DNA of 64,000 nucleotides from Candidatus Ribeiella danica (GTDB lineage Bacteria > Chloroflexota > Chloroflexia > Chloroflexales > Roseiflexaceae). The notes under the pieces were generated by a model. That model worked only from the letters and a program-made list of their open reading frames with translations, was not told the DNA's origin and searched no databases. The first letter of the stretch is position 1. Each line of letters starts with the position of its first letter. Shown here in pieces: positions 35,981-45,023 of this stretch. The position numbers and the translations under genes are program-made. The stretch covers positions 29,421 to 93,420 of the forward strand of contig JADKFS010000012.1 in assembly GCA_016717335.1 (NCBI GenBank), in the 5' to 3' direction.

Positions 35981-38900
35981 GCCAGCACTTCCTGATCGGC
36001 GCCGCGCAGATGATGCGCGACAAAGGCGAGCGGGCCAAGCGTGCTCAGCTCGACGATCGCCTCGCTGTAGCCGGGCGACAGGCGCACGGCGCGCCGGTAG
36101 CGCTCGATCGCGCGGCTGTACTGCTTGAGGCGCCGGTGCGCCTTGCCGGCCAGGAAGTGGTAGCGCGCCTGCTCGGGCTGTAGCTCGGCCGCGCGCTCGA
36201 ATGCCGCCAGCGCCTCGCGATTCAGGCCGACGTCGAGCGCTGTCTCGCCGTAGCGTATTTGCACCTCCGGGTCGTCCGGCGCCAGCCTGACCGCGCGCTC
36301 CATTACGCGGTGGGCCGCGTCGAAGTGGCGCGCGTGGGCAAGCGCCTCGGCGTACGCCATCTGGTAGTCCACCTCGTCCGGCGCCAGCTCGGCCGCGCGC
36401 TGGATGTGGCGCAGCACCGCCTCGACGTCCGCTTCCCGCGCCAGGATCTGGGCCATGCCGGCGTGCGCCGCGGCGGCCCTGGGGTCGAGCGTCAGGGCAC
36501 GCTCGAACGAGCCGCGCGCCTCCGCCAGCTCGCCAAGCGCAAGGCAGGCGCGGCCGAGCCGCCACCAGTGCTCGGCAATGCCCGAGTCGGGCGCGACCGC
36601 CCTACGGTAGTGCCAGGCCGCCTGGTCGTGGCGCTGCCCCTGCTCGAGCAGCGCGCCGGCAGCGGCGTGGAGCTGCGCGTCGTCGCCAAAGCGATCGAGC
36701 GCGCGCTCCAGGGTTTCGAGCGCGATCTCGCAGCTCGAATGGCGCCGCTGCGCGTGCGCGAGCGTGCGCCAGTGCTCGGCGACGCCGGGGGCGAGCTGGA
36801 CGGCGGCTGCGAAGTGGTCGAGTCCGCCGCGCTGATCGCCCAGCTGCCCGGCGAGCTGGCCGAGCTGGTAGTGCCACTCGCCGCGGTCGGGGGCGAGCTG
36901 CAGCGCCTGCTCCAGCGCCGCGCGCGCCTCGGTCGCCAGCCCCTGCCCGGCGAGCAGGCGCGCGTACGCGTAGAGATAGTCGACGTTCGTGGGGTCGAAC
37001 TGCGCCGCGCGCGCGTGTGCGCTGCGCGCGGCATCGCTTATCCCCAGCCGCAGGCAGATCTCGCCCATCTGCGCGTGCCAGGCCGCCACGCCCGGCTGGA
37101 GCGTCGTCGCGTTGATCAGCGCGGCGCGGGCCTCGTTGAGACGCCCGCCGTGGGCGTACAGAGTCGCCAGGCGCTGGTGATAGGCAGCGACGCTCGGGTC
37201 GAGCCGGACAGCCCGGACGGCCGCGGCCAGCGCGCGCTCGTGCCGCCCGAGCGACGTATAGGCGGCGCTGAGCGCCGCGAGCGTGGGGGCGTGGTCGGGC
37301 CGCAGCTCGGTCGCGCGCTCGACCGCCACGACTGCCTCGGGCGACCGATCGAGCGCGCCGAGCACGCGCCCGAGGAGCAGCTGCATGCGCGGGTTGTCGG
37401 GCTCCGCGCCGGCCGCGGCCACAAGCGCCGCGTGCGCGGCCGACAGGTCGCCCAGCTCATACGCGATCCGGCCGAGCAGGTACGCGTCGGCGGCAGCCTC
37501 CGCGCCCTGCTCGCGTGCCGAATCGAGATCGGCGCGCGCCTCGGCCGGCCGGCCGAGCAGGTATAGCGACAGCGCCCGCCGACGCAGGATGTCGGCCGGC
37601 GCGACGTGCTCCTGCTGGGCGACGCCGCGGATCGCTTGCCGCGGCGTGAGGCCAACCTCCCCGGCGCTTGGGGCCGCCAGGCACCGATCGAACGACTCGA
37701 CCGCCGCGGCGTGCCGGCAGAGCAGCTGGTCGGCCAGGCCAAGCTCGTAGCGCCAGCGCAGGGAGCCAGGCTCCAGCGCGACCGCGCGCTCGAACGCGGC
37801 GCGGGCCCGATCGAGCGCCGGGCGAGTCGATTCCGCTGCGACGTGCAGCTCGTCCGGCTCGTCCACAAGCGGCACATTATGTCGATACGCTCGCCCCAGG
37901 GCGCCGTGATACGCGGCGACATCGGGCGCCGCCGCCGTGGCCGCCGTCAGCGCCGCGACTGCGGCTTCGACGGCGCCGCGCTCGAGCGACGCACTGCCGA
38001 GCAGGAAGGCCGCGCGCGCGTTGGCGGGATCGAGCTCGTGCGCGCGCCGCAGCGCCTGCAGCGACTCGTCCGGCGCGCCCTGGGCGAGCAGCGCCTCGCC
38101 GAGAATGCGCCAGTGGTCGCTCTGGTGCGGCTGGAGCGCGACCGCCCGGCGCGCGCTCTCGACCGCAGACTCGCGCGCAGGCGACTCAAACGGTTCGCTA
38201 GGCACGGCCTCCGGCCACTCCAGCAGGAGCTCGGCGAGCCGCGCATGGGCCGGCGCCAGCTGCGGCGCGCGAGCGATCGCCTGCTGGAGCTGCGCCAGCG
38301 CCCCGGCGCGCTCGCCAAGCTGCGCGAGCAGGCAGCCGTAGCGATAGCGCAGCGTCGCGTCTTCGGGCATCGCCGCCACGGCGCGCGGCCAGGCGCTCCG
38401 GGCATCCTCATGCCGATCGAGCGCCTCATAGTCGTCGGCCAGCTCGGCCCACCAGCCGTCCGGGCCGCCCTCGGCCAGCGCGCGCGCAAGCTGACCGGCC
38501 GACTCGGCGCGCCGGTCGAGTCCGCACAGCGCGATCGCCAGCAAGTAGCGGTGCTTCGCCGTCGGCTGCAGATCGACCGCCCGCTCGGCGGCGGCCAGCG
38601 CGTCCTTGTATACCCCGCCAGAGGCCAGCAGCTGCGACAGCAGCGCGAAGCTGGCAGCGTCGTCCGGGCCGCGCCGCAGCGCCTCGGCTAGATCGTCGCG
38701 CGCGGCTTCGATCTGCCGCAGCTCAAGGTGCAGCCCGGCGCGCAGCCGCCAGAGCTGGTGGTGCCCGGGGCTCGCGGCGATGGTGTGGTTCAGCTCGGCC
38801 AGCGCCTCGGCGTGCCAGCCGCGCTCGATCTGGATCTGCGCCAGCTCGGCGCGCCACAGCGCGGCATCCGGCCGGAGGCGCAGCGCGTGCTCGATCGCCT

Positions 38901-41900
38901 CCGCGGCGCCCGCATGCTCGCCCAGCGCGTGCAGGCAGCGCCCGAGCGCGGAGTGATGCTCGGCATTGCCGGCGTCCAGCAGAGCGGCGCGGCGCAGGCA
39001 GGCGAGCGCCGCCGCGTGGCCGCCCGCGTCCACGTGGGCCTGCCCGAGCGCGTAGTGCCACTCGGCCCGCGCGGGCTCGCGCTCGGCCGCGGCGCCGAGG
39101 TGTAGGATCGCGCCGGCGTGGTCGCCCGCGCCGGACAAGGCGCGCGCCAGCGTCACACGGTGCGCGGCGACCTGGGGCGCGAGCGCGACCGCTCGCTCCG
39201 CACAGGCGCGCGCCTGCCCCCAGTCCTGCGACTGGGCGTAGATCCGGCTGAGCTGCGCGTGGGCCTCGGCCAGGCTCGGGTCGATCTGCAGCGCCCGCTG
39301 GAGCGGCTCGGCCGCCGCGCCGGGATCGCCCGCGCCAAGCAGCAGCTCGGCCAGGCGCAGGTGGTGCCGGGCGCAGTCAGGGGCCAGCGCCAGCGCCTCG
39401 CGCGCCGCCCGCAGCGCGTCGGCGGGCTGGCCGGCCCGGTCGAGCAGGTCGCGCAGCGCGGCAAAGGCCGCGTCGGTCGGTGCCAGCGCGGCGGCCCGCG
39501 CGAGCAGCGGCAGCGCCTGGTCGTCGCTGCCGAGCTGGACCAGCGCCTGGCCGGCGATCAGCGCCGCGTCGGCCAGGTCCGGGGCGAGCTGAAGCGCAGC
39601 CTGCGCGCTCGACAGCGCCGATGGCGGCTGCTCCAGCTCCAGCAGCACGCGCCCGCGGCCAAGGTGCGCGCCGACCAGAGTCGAATCGCGTGCCAGCGCC
39701 CGGTCGAACAGCTCCAGCGCCTCGTGCGGGCGGCCAAGCCGCAGCGCCAGCTCGCCGGCGTGCTGCTGGTGTGCGGGCAGCGCCGCCGCGAGCCGGGCGG
39801 ACTGGCGCGCAGCCTGGTAGGCTGCCTCGATCTGGCCGCAGGCGCCGAGCGCCTCGCTGTAGTGGAACAGCGTCTGGGGGTCGTCGGGCTGGATCTGCAG
39901 CGCCTGCGCGAACGCCGCGAGCGCCTCGTCCAGCCGCCCGGCCAGGGCGAGCGCGCGACCGAGAGCTTCGTAGGCGGGCGCCGTCCGCTCGAGTCGCAGC
40001 GACCGGCCGAGCGCCCGGATCGCGCGGCCCCAGGACGCGTCGGCGACATGGGCCAGGCCGGCCTGGTAGAGCGCCGCCGCGTTCCGGCGGTCGCTGCGCA
40101 GCGCGCGCGCCAGGTGCCTGCGGGCCTGGGCGCGATCGCCGAGCCGGAGCCGCATGGCGCCGGCCGCGCGCGCGAACTCGGCGCGCCCCGGGGCGAGCGC
40201 GGCTGCACGCTCGTACGCGGCGAGCGCCGGCTCGATCTGCCCGGCGGCCTCGGCGACCGTCCCGGCGTCGTAGTGCAGCTCGGCGCGCGCGGGCGCAAGC
40301 GTGGCGGCGCGCCGGAGGTGCCGGGCCGCCGGGCGCAGCTGGCCCAGCTCGCGATGGGTCCGGCCGAGCGCGCGCTCATAGTCGGCGCTGTGCGGGTCGA
40401 GCGCCAGCGCGCGCCGGTAGGACTCGAGCGCCGGCTCGTGCTGCCCCTGGCGCCACAGCAGCTCCGCTATGTCAGCGTGCGCGGCAGCGCTGTCGGGGCG
40501 CAGGCCAAGCGCGGCCCTCAGCACGAGCTGCGCCTCCTCGTCGTCGCCGCGGTCGCGCAGCAGCGCCCCAAGGCGGTGCTGGTAGGCGTCATTCAGGGGA
40601 TCGAGGCGCACGGCGTGGCGATACGCTGCCAGCGCGCCGGATTGCTCGCCGCACAGCTCGCAGGCCTCGCCAAGCTCGAACGACAGCGCGGCGCTGCCGG
40701 TGTCCAGCTCGGCGGCGCGCTGCAGAGCCGCCCGCGCGCCGGAGCAATCGCCCAGGGCGCGCCGCAGCCGGCCAACCTCGCGGTAGAGCTCGGGCCGCGC
40801 CGGCTCGATCGCCGCAGCCTTCAGGTAGCAGGCGATCGCCTCGGCCAGCCGCCCGGCGCCGCCGTAGAGCCGGCCAAGCTCGGCGTGCGCCGCCGCGTCG
40901 TCGCCATGCTCGTCCAGCAGCGCGTGGAGGAGCGCCTCGGCCTCGTCTGCCTGCCCGCTCAGGCGCAGCGCGCTCGCCACGCTGCGCTGGTATGCCGGAT
41001 CGTCCGGCCGTCCCGCCAGCGCCTGCCGATACGCCGACAGCGCGCGCTCGGCCTGACCCTGCCGCAGGTAGACCTGGCCGAGCTCGTAGGCGGCCTCGGA
41101 CAGGCGGTGCTGCTGCGCCTGCACGACCGCCTCTAGCGCGACCGCGGCCTGGTCCATCTCACCCAGCCGGCTGCAGACCACGCCCAGCTCCTGGCGGTAG
41201 CGCAGGTCGCCGGCCTCGCGGGCGAGCGCCTGCTCGTAGGCCGCGCGCGCGTGGCGCCACTGCCCGGCCGCGCCATACAGCTCGCCCAGACGCCCGAACA
41301 GGCCAGCCTCATCGTAGCCATCGAGCGCGGCCCGCTCGAGCTGTTCGAGCGCGGCGGCGGACAAGCCCTCGGCGGCAAAGGCGTCAGCCAGCATCACGCG
41401 CAGCGGCGGGGTCAGGGCGCCAATCCGCGCCAGCAGCGGCTCGAACTGGCCCGGCGCCTCGGCGTCGATCAGGCAGCGCGCCGCAAGCGACACCGCGCCG
41501 TTGGCGAGCAGCCGGCGCAGCACCGACTCGCGATCGCCGCACAGGCTATACGCCAGCACGACCGCGTCGCCCGAGGCGCGCGCGAAGCTGCCGGCCGGCC
41601 AGGTCTCGGGGCTCGCGCGGGCGAGCAGGAGCGCCTGGCCAAACGCGCGCAGCGCCGGGCGTCGAAACGAGACCTGCTGCCGCTCGGGGTCGAGCGCCAG
41701 GATGCCCGCGCCCACCAGCAGCTGCAGCAGCCCCGGCGCCATATCCGGCGTGGGCGAGTCCCGCGCGCCGATCGCCGCCAGCGCCTCGGCTATGCTCAGC
41801 GAGCCGCGCCGGTCGCGGTCGAGCGCCGCCGCAAGCTCAGGCAGCGCCGCGAGCGCCGCCTCCGCCGTCGCCGGCGACCGGTGCGCCTCCAGCGCCGCGG

Positions 41901-42741
41901 CGATCACGGCGGGCAGCCATGCGGCCAGCAGCCGGCCGCGGCTCAGCGGCCCGGTCGGCCCCAGCTCATGGGCGATCCCGCCTGGCAGCGCGGCCAGCCA
42001 GCGCGGGCAGGCGGCCAGCTCGGCCAGGTCTTCCGCGCGCTGCAGCCAGCCGGCCAGCTCGTCGCCGTGCCGTCGCTGGATCAGGCCGAGCGCGTCGCGC
42101 GGCTGCAGCGCGCGGATCTCGCGCACCTCGGCCGCGCCGAGCCAGGGGCGGAACAGCGCCAGGCGCTCGCTCCGGCAGGTGCAGATCCAGCGCGCCTGAG
42201 GGCCGAGCGCCGCCAGCGTGTGCGACAGCGCCGACAGGCTGATCAGCTGCATGTCCGGCGCGACCTCGTCTAGCCCGTCGAGCAGCACCAGCAGCGGACG
42301 CTGCTGGGCCAGCTCCTGCAGCGAGGGGGCCTCCGGTCCAAATCCAGCGGCGAAGGTTGCCTCGACGCTGTGCTGGAAGCATGCCAGCTCGATGTACAGC
42401 GGCAGCGGCAGGGGGCTTTTGGCCCTGCCCGAGGTCGCGCTGGCGGGCTCGCCCGCATCCTCCGCGAGGATCGCCTCGGCCAGCCCGCAGGCGAGCTGCC
42501 GCAGCAGCGTGGTCTTGCCGGCACCGGCCGGGCCGGCCAGCATGAGCCGCGGCCAGATCTCGGCGGCCATCTGGATCGTCACGCGCGCGGCCCTGGGCGG
42601 CCAAAGCGCCTGCTCGCCCGCGGGCTCCCGCTCGCCGGCGCGGGCCAGCCACAGCGGCACGACCTCGCGCGACCCGCTGAAGCGCGGGTCGGCGCGCAGC
42701 GCCTGCAGGTAGAGCTGAATCCAGGCTTTGGTTCTACTCAT
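35977..42741 (-). CDS. Giant STAND NTPase: N-terminal NACHT-type P-loop domain followed by ~1700 aa of TPR repeats
   Basis: Start MSRTKAWIQLYLQ at 42741 (AT-richer upstream region); Walker A LMLAGPAGAGKTTLLRQL, Walker B LLVLLDGLDEV, then dozens of 34-aa TPR units (A..Y..AL.L.P..A.....LG...). 2254 aa. Confidence 0.8.
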   Translation of the reverse strand: MSRTKAWIQLYLQALRADPRFSGSREVVPLWLARAGEREPAGEQALWPPRAARVTIQMAAEIWPRLMLAGPAGAGKTTLLRQLACGLAEAILAEDAGEPASATSGRAKSPLPLPLYIELACFQHSVEATFAAGFGPEAPSLQELAQQRPLLVLLDGLDEVAPDMQLISLSALSHTLAALGPQARWICTCRSERLALFRPWLGAAEVREIRALQPRDALGLIQRRHGDELAGWLQRAEDLAELAACPRWLAALPGGIAHELGPTGPLSRGRLLAAWLPAVIAAALEAHRSPATAEAALAALPELAAALDRDRRGSLSIAEALAAIGARDSPTPDMAPGLLQLLVGAGILALDPERQQVSFRRPALRAFGQALLLARASPETWPAGSFARASGDAVVLAYSLCGDRESVLRRLLANGAVSLAARCLIDAEAPGQFEPLLARIGALTPPLRVMLADAFAAEGLSAAALEQLERAALDGYDEAGLFGRLGELYGAAGQWRHARAAYEQALAREAGDLRYRQELGVVCSRLGEMDQAAVALEAVVQAQQHRLSEAAYELGQVYLRQGQAERALSAYRQALAGRPDDPAYQRSVASALRLSGQADEAEALLHALLDEHGDDAAAHAELGRLYGGAGRLAEAIACYLKAAAIEPARPELYREVGRLRRALGDCSGARAALQRAAELDTGSAALSFELGEACELCGEQSGALAAYRHAVRLDPLNDAYQHRLGALLRDRGDDEEAQLVLRAALGLRPDSAAAHADIAELLWRQGQHEPALESYRRALALDPHSADYERALGRTHRELGQLRPAARHLRRAATLAPARAELHYDAGTVAEAAGQIEPALAAYERAAALAPGRAEFARAAGAMRLRLGDRAQARRHLARALRSDRRNAAALYQAGLAHVADASWGRAIRALGRSLRLERTAPAYEALGRALALAGRLDEALAAFAQALQIQPDDPQTLFHYSEALGACGQIEAAYQAARQSARLAAALPAHQQHAGELALRLGRPHEALELFDRALARDSTLVGAHLGRGRVLLELEQPPSALSSAQAALQLAPDLADAALIAGQALVQLGSDDQALPLLARAAALAPTDAAFAALRDLLDRAGQPADALRAAREALALAPDCARHHLRLAELLLGAGDPGAAAEPLQRALQIDPSLAEAHAQLSRIYAQSQDWGQARACAERAVALAPQVAAHRVTLARALSGAGDHAGAILHLGAAAEREPARAEWHYALGQAHVDAGGHAAALACLRRAALLDAGNAEHHSALGRCLHALGEHAGAAEAIEHALRLRPDAALWRAELAQIQIERGWHAEALAELNHTIAASPGHHQLWRLRAGLHLELRQIEAARDDLAEALRRGPDDAASFALLSQLLASGGVYKDALAAAERAVDLQPTAKHRYLLAIALCGLDRRAESAGQLARALAEGGPDGWWAELADDYEALDRHEDARSAWPRAVAAMPEDATLRYRYGCLLAQLGERAGALAQLQQAIARAPQLAPAHARLAELLLEWPEAVPSEPFESPARESAVESARRAVALQPHQSDHWRILGEALLAQGAPDESLQALRRAHELDPANARAAFLLGSASLERGAVEAAVAALTAATAAAPDVAAYHGALGRAYRHNVPLVDEPDELHVAAESTRPALDRARAAFERAVALEPGSLRWRYELGLADQLLCRHAAAVESFDRCLAAPSAGEVGLTPRQAIRGVAQQEHVAPADILRRRALSLYLLGRPAEARADLDSAREQGAEAAADAYLLGRIAYELGDLSAAHAALVAAAGAEPDNPRMQLLLGRVLGALDRSPEAVVAVERATELRPDHAPTLAALSAAYTSLGRHERALAAAVRAVRLDPSVAAYHQRLATLYAHGGRLNEARAALINATTLQPGVAAWHAQMGEICLRLGISDAARSAHARAAQFDPTNVDYLYAYARLLAGQGLATEARAALEQALQLAPDRGEWHYQLGQLAGQLGDQRGGLDHFAAAVQLAPGVAEHWRTLAHAQRRHSSCEIALETLERALDRFGDDAQLHAAAGALLEQGQRHDQAAWHYRRAVAPDSGIAEHWWRLGRACLALGELAEARGSFERALTLDPRAAAAHAGMAQILAREADVEAVLRHIQRAAELAPDEVDYQMAYAEALAHARHFDAAHRVMERAVRLAPDDPEVQIRYGETALDVGLNREALAAFERAAELQPEQARYHFLAGKAHRRLKQYSRAIERYRRAVRLSPGYSEAIVELSTLGPLAFVAHHLRGADQEVLA

Positions 42742-42834
42742 TGCGTCTCGATCCAATATGTTGTCATATCGATGTGCCCCATTCCCTACCCGTGGTGGGA
42801 GTAAGTTTTGTCGAGCGCATCCTCGTGCGCTGCA

Positions 42835-42895
42835 GGCCCTCACCCCCCTGCCCCCCGCTCCCGCCGCCACAGGAGCGGGGGGGGTTGGCTGGGGC
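42835..42895. repeat. MITE/REP-like element family A, half copy (GCCCTCACCCCCCTGCCCCCCGCTCCCGCCGCCACAGGAGCGGGGGGGG)
   Basis: Read directly upstream of the giant NACHT gene. Confidence 0.75.
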
Positions 42896-42900
42896 GATCC

Positions 42901-43239
42901 TTACCGCACCAGCGACAGCATCCAGAAGCTGACGCCGCAGATGATCGTCCCCAGCAGGCACAGGAACGCCCCGGTGCCGATGGCGGTCTGGACGAGGCCG
43001 GTGATCGACTCGAACAGGCGCGCCGAGCTTTCGATCGCCGCCTGCACGCCGACGTCGCCGAGCAGCTTGCTGCTCAGGCGCGCGGACTGGCTGGAGAGCG
43101 AGCGCATGGCCTCCTGGTACTCGCGCGTCAGGATGATCACGATGCCGCTCACCAGCATCGCCAGGCCGGCCAGAAACAGCGCGACGGCCATGCCGATCTG
43201 TATTGTGCTGGACATATTCTCTTTCTCTATCCACCGCAT
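42901..43239 (-). CDS. Small membrane protein (3 TM), unknown function
   Basis: 112 aa; MAVALFLAGLAMLVSGIVIIL and GAFLCLLGTIICGVSFWMLSLV hydrophobic segments; normal codon bias. Confidence 0.5.
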   Translation of the reverse strand: MRWIEKENMSSTIQIGMAVALFLAGLAMLVSGIVIILTREYQEAMRSLSSQSARLSSKLLGDVGVQAAIESSARLFESITGLVQTAIGTGAFLCLLGTIICGVSFWMLSLVR

Positions 43240-43244
43240 TGCCA

Positions 43245-43480
43245 GTCGGCAGTCGGCAGTGCGGCAGTCGGCAGTGCGGCAGCAGGCAGTCGGCAGTCGG
43301 CAGCAGGCAGTCGGCAGCAGGCAGTCGGCAGCAGCAGGCAGTCGGCAGTCGGCAGGCAGTCGGCAGCAGGCAGTCGGCAGTCGGCAGCAGGCAGTCGGCA
43401 GTGCGGCGAAGGCATTCCAACGCGATTCAACATGCGCTCGTCGCGCTCTACAATCTACAATCTACAATCTGCAATCTACA
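43245..43480. repeat. Tandem arrays: (CAGTCGGCAG/CAGTGCGGCAG/CAGCAGGCAG)n ~17 units (43245-43430) then (TACAATC/TGCAATC) x5 (43441-43478)
   Basis: Read directly; 3' end of the GAF-protein CDS (..RLRVVDCRL) runs into the TACAATC array. Confidence 0.95.
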
Positions 43481-44847
43481 ACGCGCAGCCGGTCGGCGAT
43501 CAGGCCGCCGAGCAGCATCAGCAGCGTCTGGGTCGCGATGTCGGCGGGCCGCCCGAGCGCGGCCAGCACGACCGGCATATCCGCGCCCGCGCCGACCGGC
43601 AGGCAGACCAGGCTCGCGCGCCCTTCGGCGCGCACCAGCGGACGATCTCCGCGCAGCGCCTCGGCGGCCACCCGCAGCTGCGCCCCGCTCAGGTGCGGCG
43701 GGGTGGCGCCCGGCCGCCCGCGCGCGAAGACGAACGGGGCCAGGGCGTGCAGCTCGTCGGGGGCCAGCAGCGCCAGCCAGTCCAGATCGAGCACGCCTGC
43801 CAGTCTGCGGCAGGCCTCCTGGCAAGCCTCCCGGGGGTCGGGCGCGATGCGGAGCAGCCCGGCGGTCTCCCAGAGCGCGGTCAGCGCGGCCTGCTGGCGC
43901 CGCAGCTGCGCGTCGTGGCGCAGCGCCAGCGCCCGCAGCCCGACCAGCGCCGCCAGCTGCTCAAGGCCCGAGCGGCGGGCCGGGGTGAGATCGCCGGCGG
44001 GCAGCTCGATCCGGCCAAGCACGGCGCCGCAGCTGATCGGTATGCGTGCTGTGCCGGCGCAGCCATCGTGCTCAGGCAGGCTCCCCGCTCCCGCGTCGGC
44101 CAGCTCGACCACGGCGAGCGCGCCGCCAATCGCGCCGGCCTGCTCGCGCGCTAATCTCACCAGCGCGTCGATCGTCGCGCAGGCGTTGACCTGCGCGGCC
44201 AGGCGCCTCCAGTCGACGCGCCCAGCAGCCTCGCGGCCGTGATCGTGCGCCCTGGCGATCGTGCCGGCGTAGAGCGCGCGCAGCGCCAGCCGCACCTGCT
44301 CGCGAATGCGATAGACCGTGGCTCCGCCGATCAGCTGCACGGCCAGCATCGCCGCCAGCAGGCCCGGCGCCGGGCGAGAGACGGCGCAACCCGAGAGCAG
44401 GACCAGCGCGCCGACGCCGCTGCCCACCAGCGCGTCGCGCGCCGAGCCGAGCAGGGCGCCCTGGACGACGAGCAGCAGCGGCAGGCCAAGGAGCGGGCTG
44501 CCGGCGCCGCCGCTCCCCAGGATCAGCAGCCCGGCCGCCAGCCCGTCGGACAGCAGCGCGAGCGCGAGCGGCAGCCGCCAGGCCAGGCCCGCGCCGAGCG
44601 CGAGCGCCGACAGCGCGGCGGCGAGATAGAGTGCGGCCGGCCAGGTCGCCGGGGGAACATTCCAGCCCAGCGCTATCAGCGCGAGCAGCAGCAAGCAGCC
44701 GCGGACGGCGAATGATGCAGCCGTGCTCAGGCGCGCGAGGCGGCGCTGGAAGTGACTCAGGGCGGGCGCCTCGCCGTGCCGATCGCCTTGAGGCGTCACC
44801 GGCGGCCGAATGGAAGCGGCGCGAGACGGGCGGAGCGAGATGATCAT
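43462..44847 (-). CDS. Membrane-anchored GAF-domain sensor-like protein without recognisable output domain
   Basis: 461 aa; ~5 N-terminal TM helices then two GAF-like regions (by composition/inference); no kinase or cyclase motifs seen. Confidence 0.55.
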   Translation of the reverse strand: MIISLRPSRAASIRPPVTPQGDRHGEAPALSHFQRRLARLSTAASFAVRGCLLLLALIALGWNVPPATWPAALYLAAALSALALGAGLAWRLPLALALLSDGLAAGLLILGSGGAGSPLLGLPLLLVVQGALLGSARDALVGSGVGALVLLSGCAVSRPAPGLLAAMLAVQLIGGATVYRIREQVRLALRALYAGTIARAHDHGREAAGRVDWRRLAAQVNACATIDALVRLAREQAGAIGGALAVVELADAGAGSLPEHDGCAGTARIPISCGAVLGRIELPAGDLTPARRSGLEQLAALVGLRALALRHDAQLRRQQAALTALWETAGLLRIAPDPREACQEACRRLAGVLDLDWLALLAPDELHALAPFVFARGRPGATPPHLSGAQLRVAAEALRGDRPLVRAEGRASLVCLPVGAGADMPVVLAALGRPADIATQTLLMLLGGLIADRLRVVDCRL

Positions 44848-44936
44848 GGGCGTCCTTCCTTATGATGCAACTGCACGTCGGATCAGTGGGTTTAGCGCAA
44901 GGGCGCAGCCGCGATGCTGAAAACGAACGTTTGGAG

Positions 44937-44975
44937 GGGGTCTTGGGGAGGGCTTCGCCCTTCCCAAGTCCCTCC
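44937..44975 (-). terminator. Stem-loop CTTGGGGAGGGC-ttcg-CCCTTCCCAAG downstream of amidase gene
   Basis: 12-bp stem (1 mismatch) 50 bp after amidase stop at 45024. Confidence 0.35.
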
Positions 44976-45023
44976 CCTGAAGTGGTGAAGCTTCTAAGCA
45001 TTCGCAGGTGAACGGTATTGGGG

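Noticed and set aside
35981-36565. N-terminal 195 aa of the 1033-aa version of the TPR-CHAT ORF
   Set aside because: Overlaps 3' end of NACHT gene in another frame; real start is the ATG at 35980 forming ATGA coupling.
39480-42242. 920-aa plus-strand ORF (and other 300-670-aa ORFs across 36-42 kb)
   Set aside because: All lie antisense/out of frame to the 2254-aa NACHT-TPR gene; Ala/Arg/Pro polymers with no motifs.
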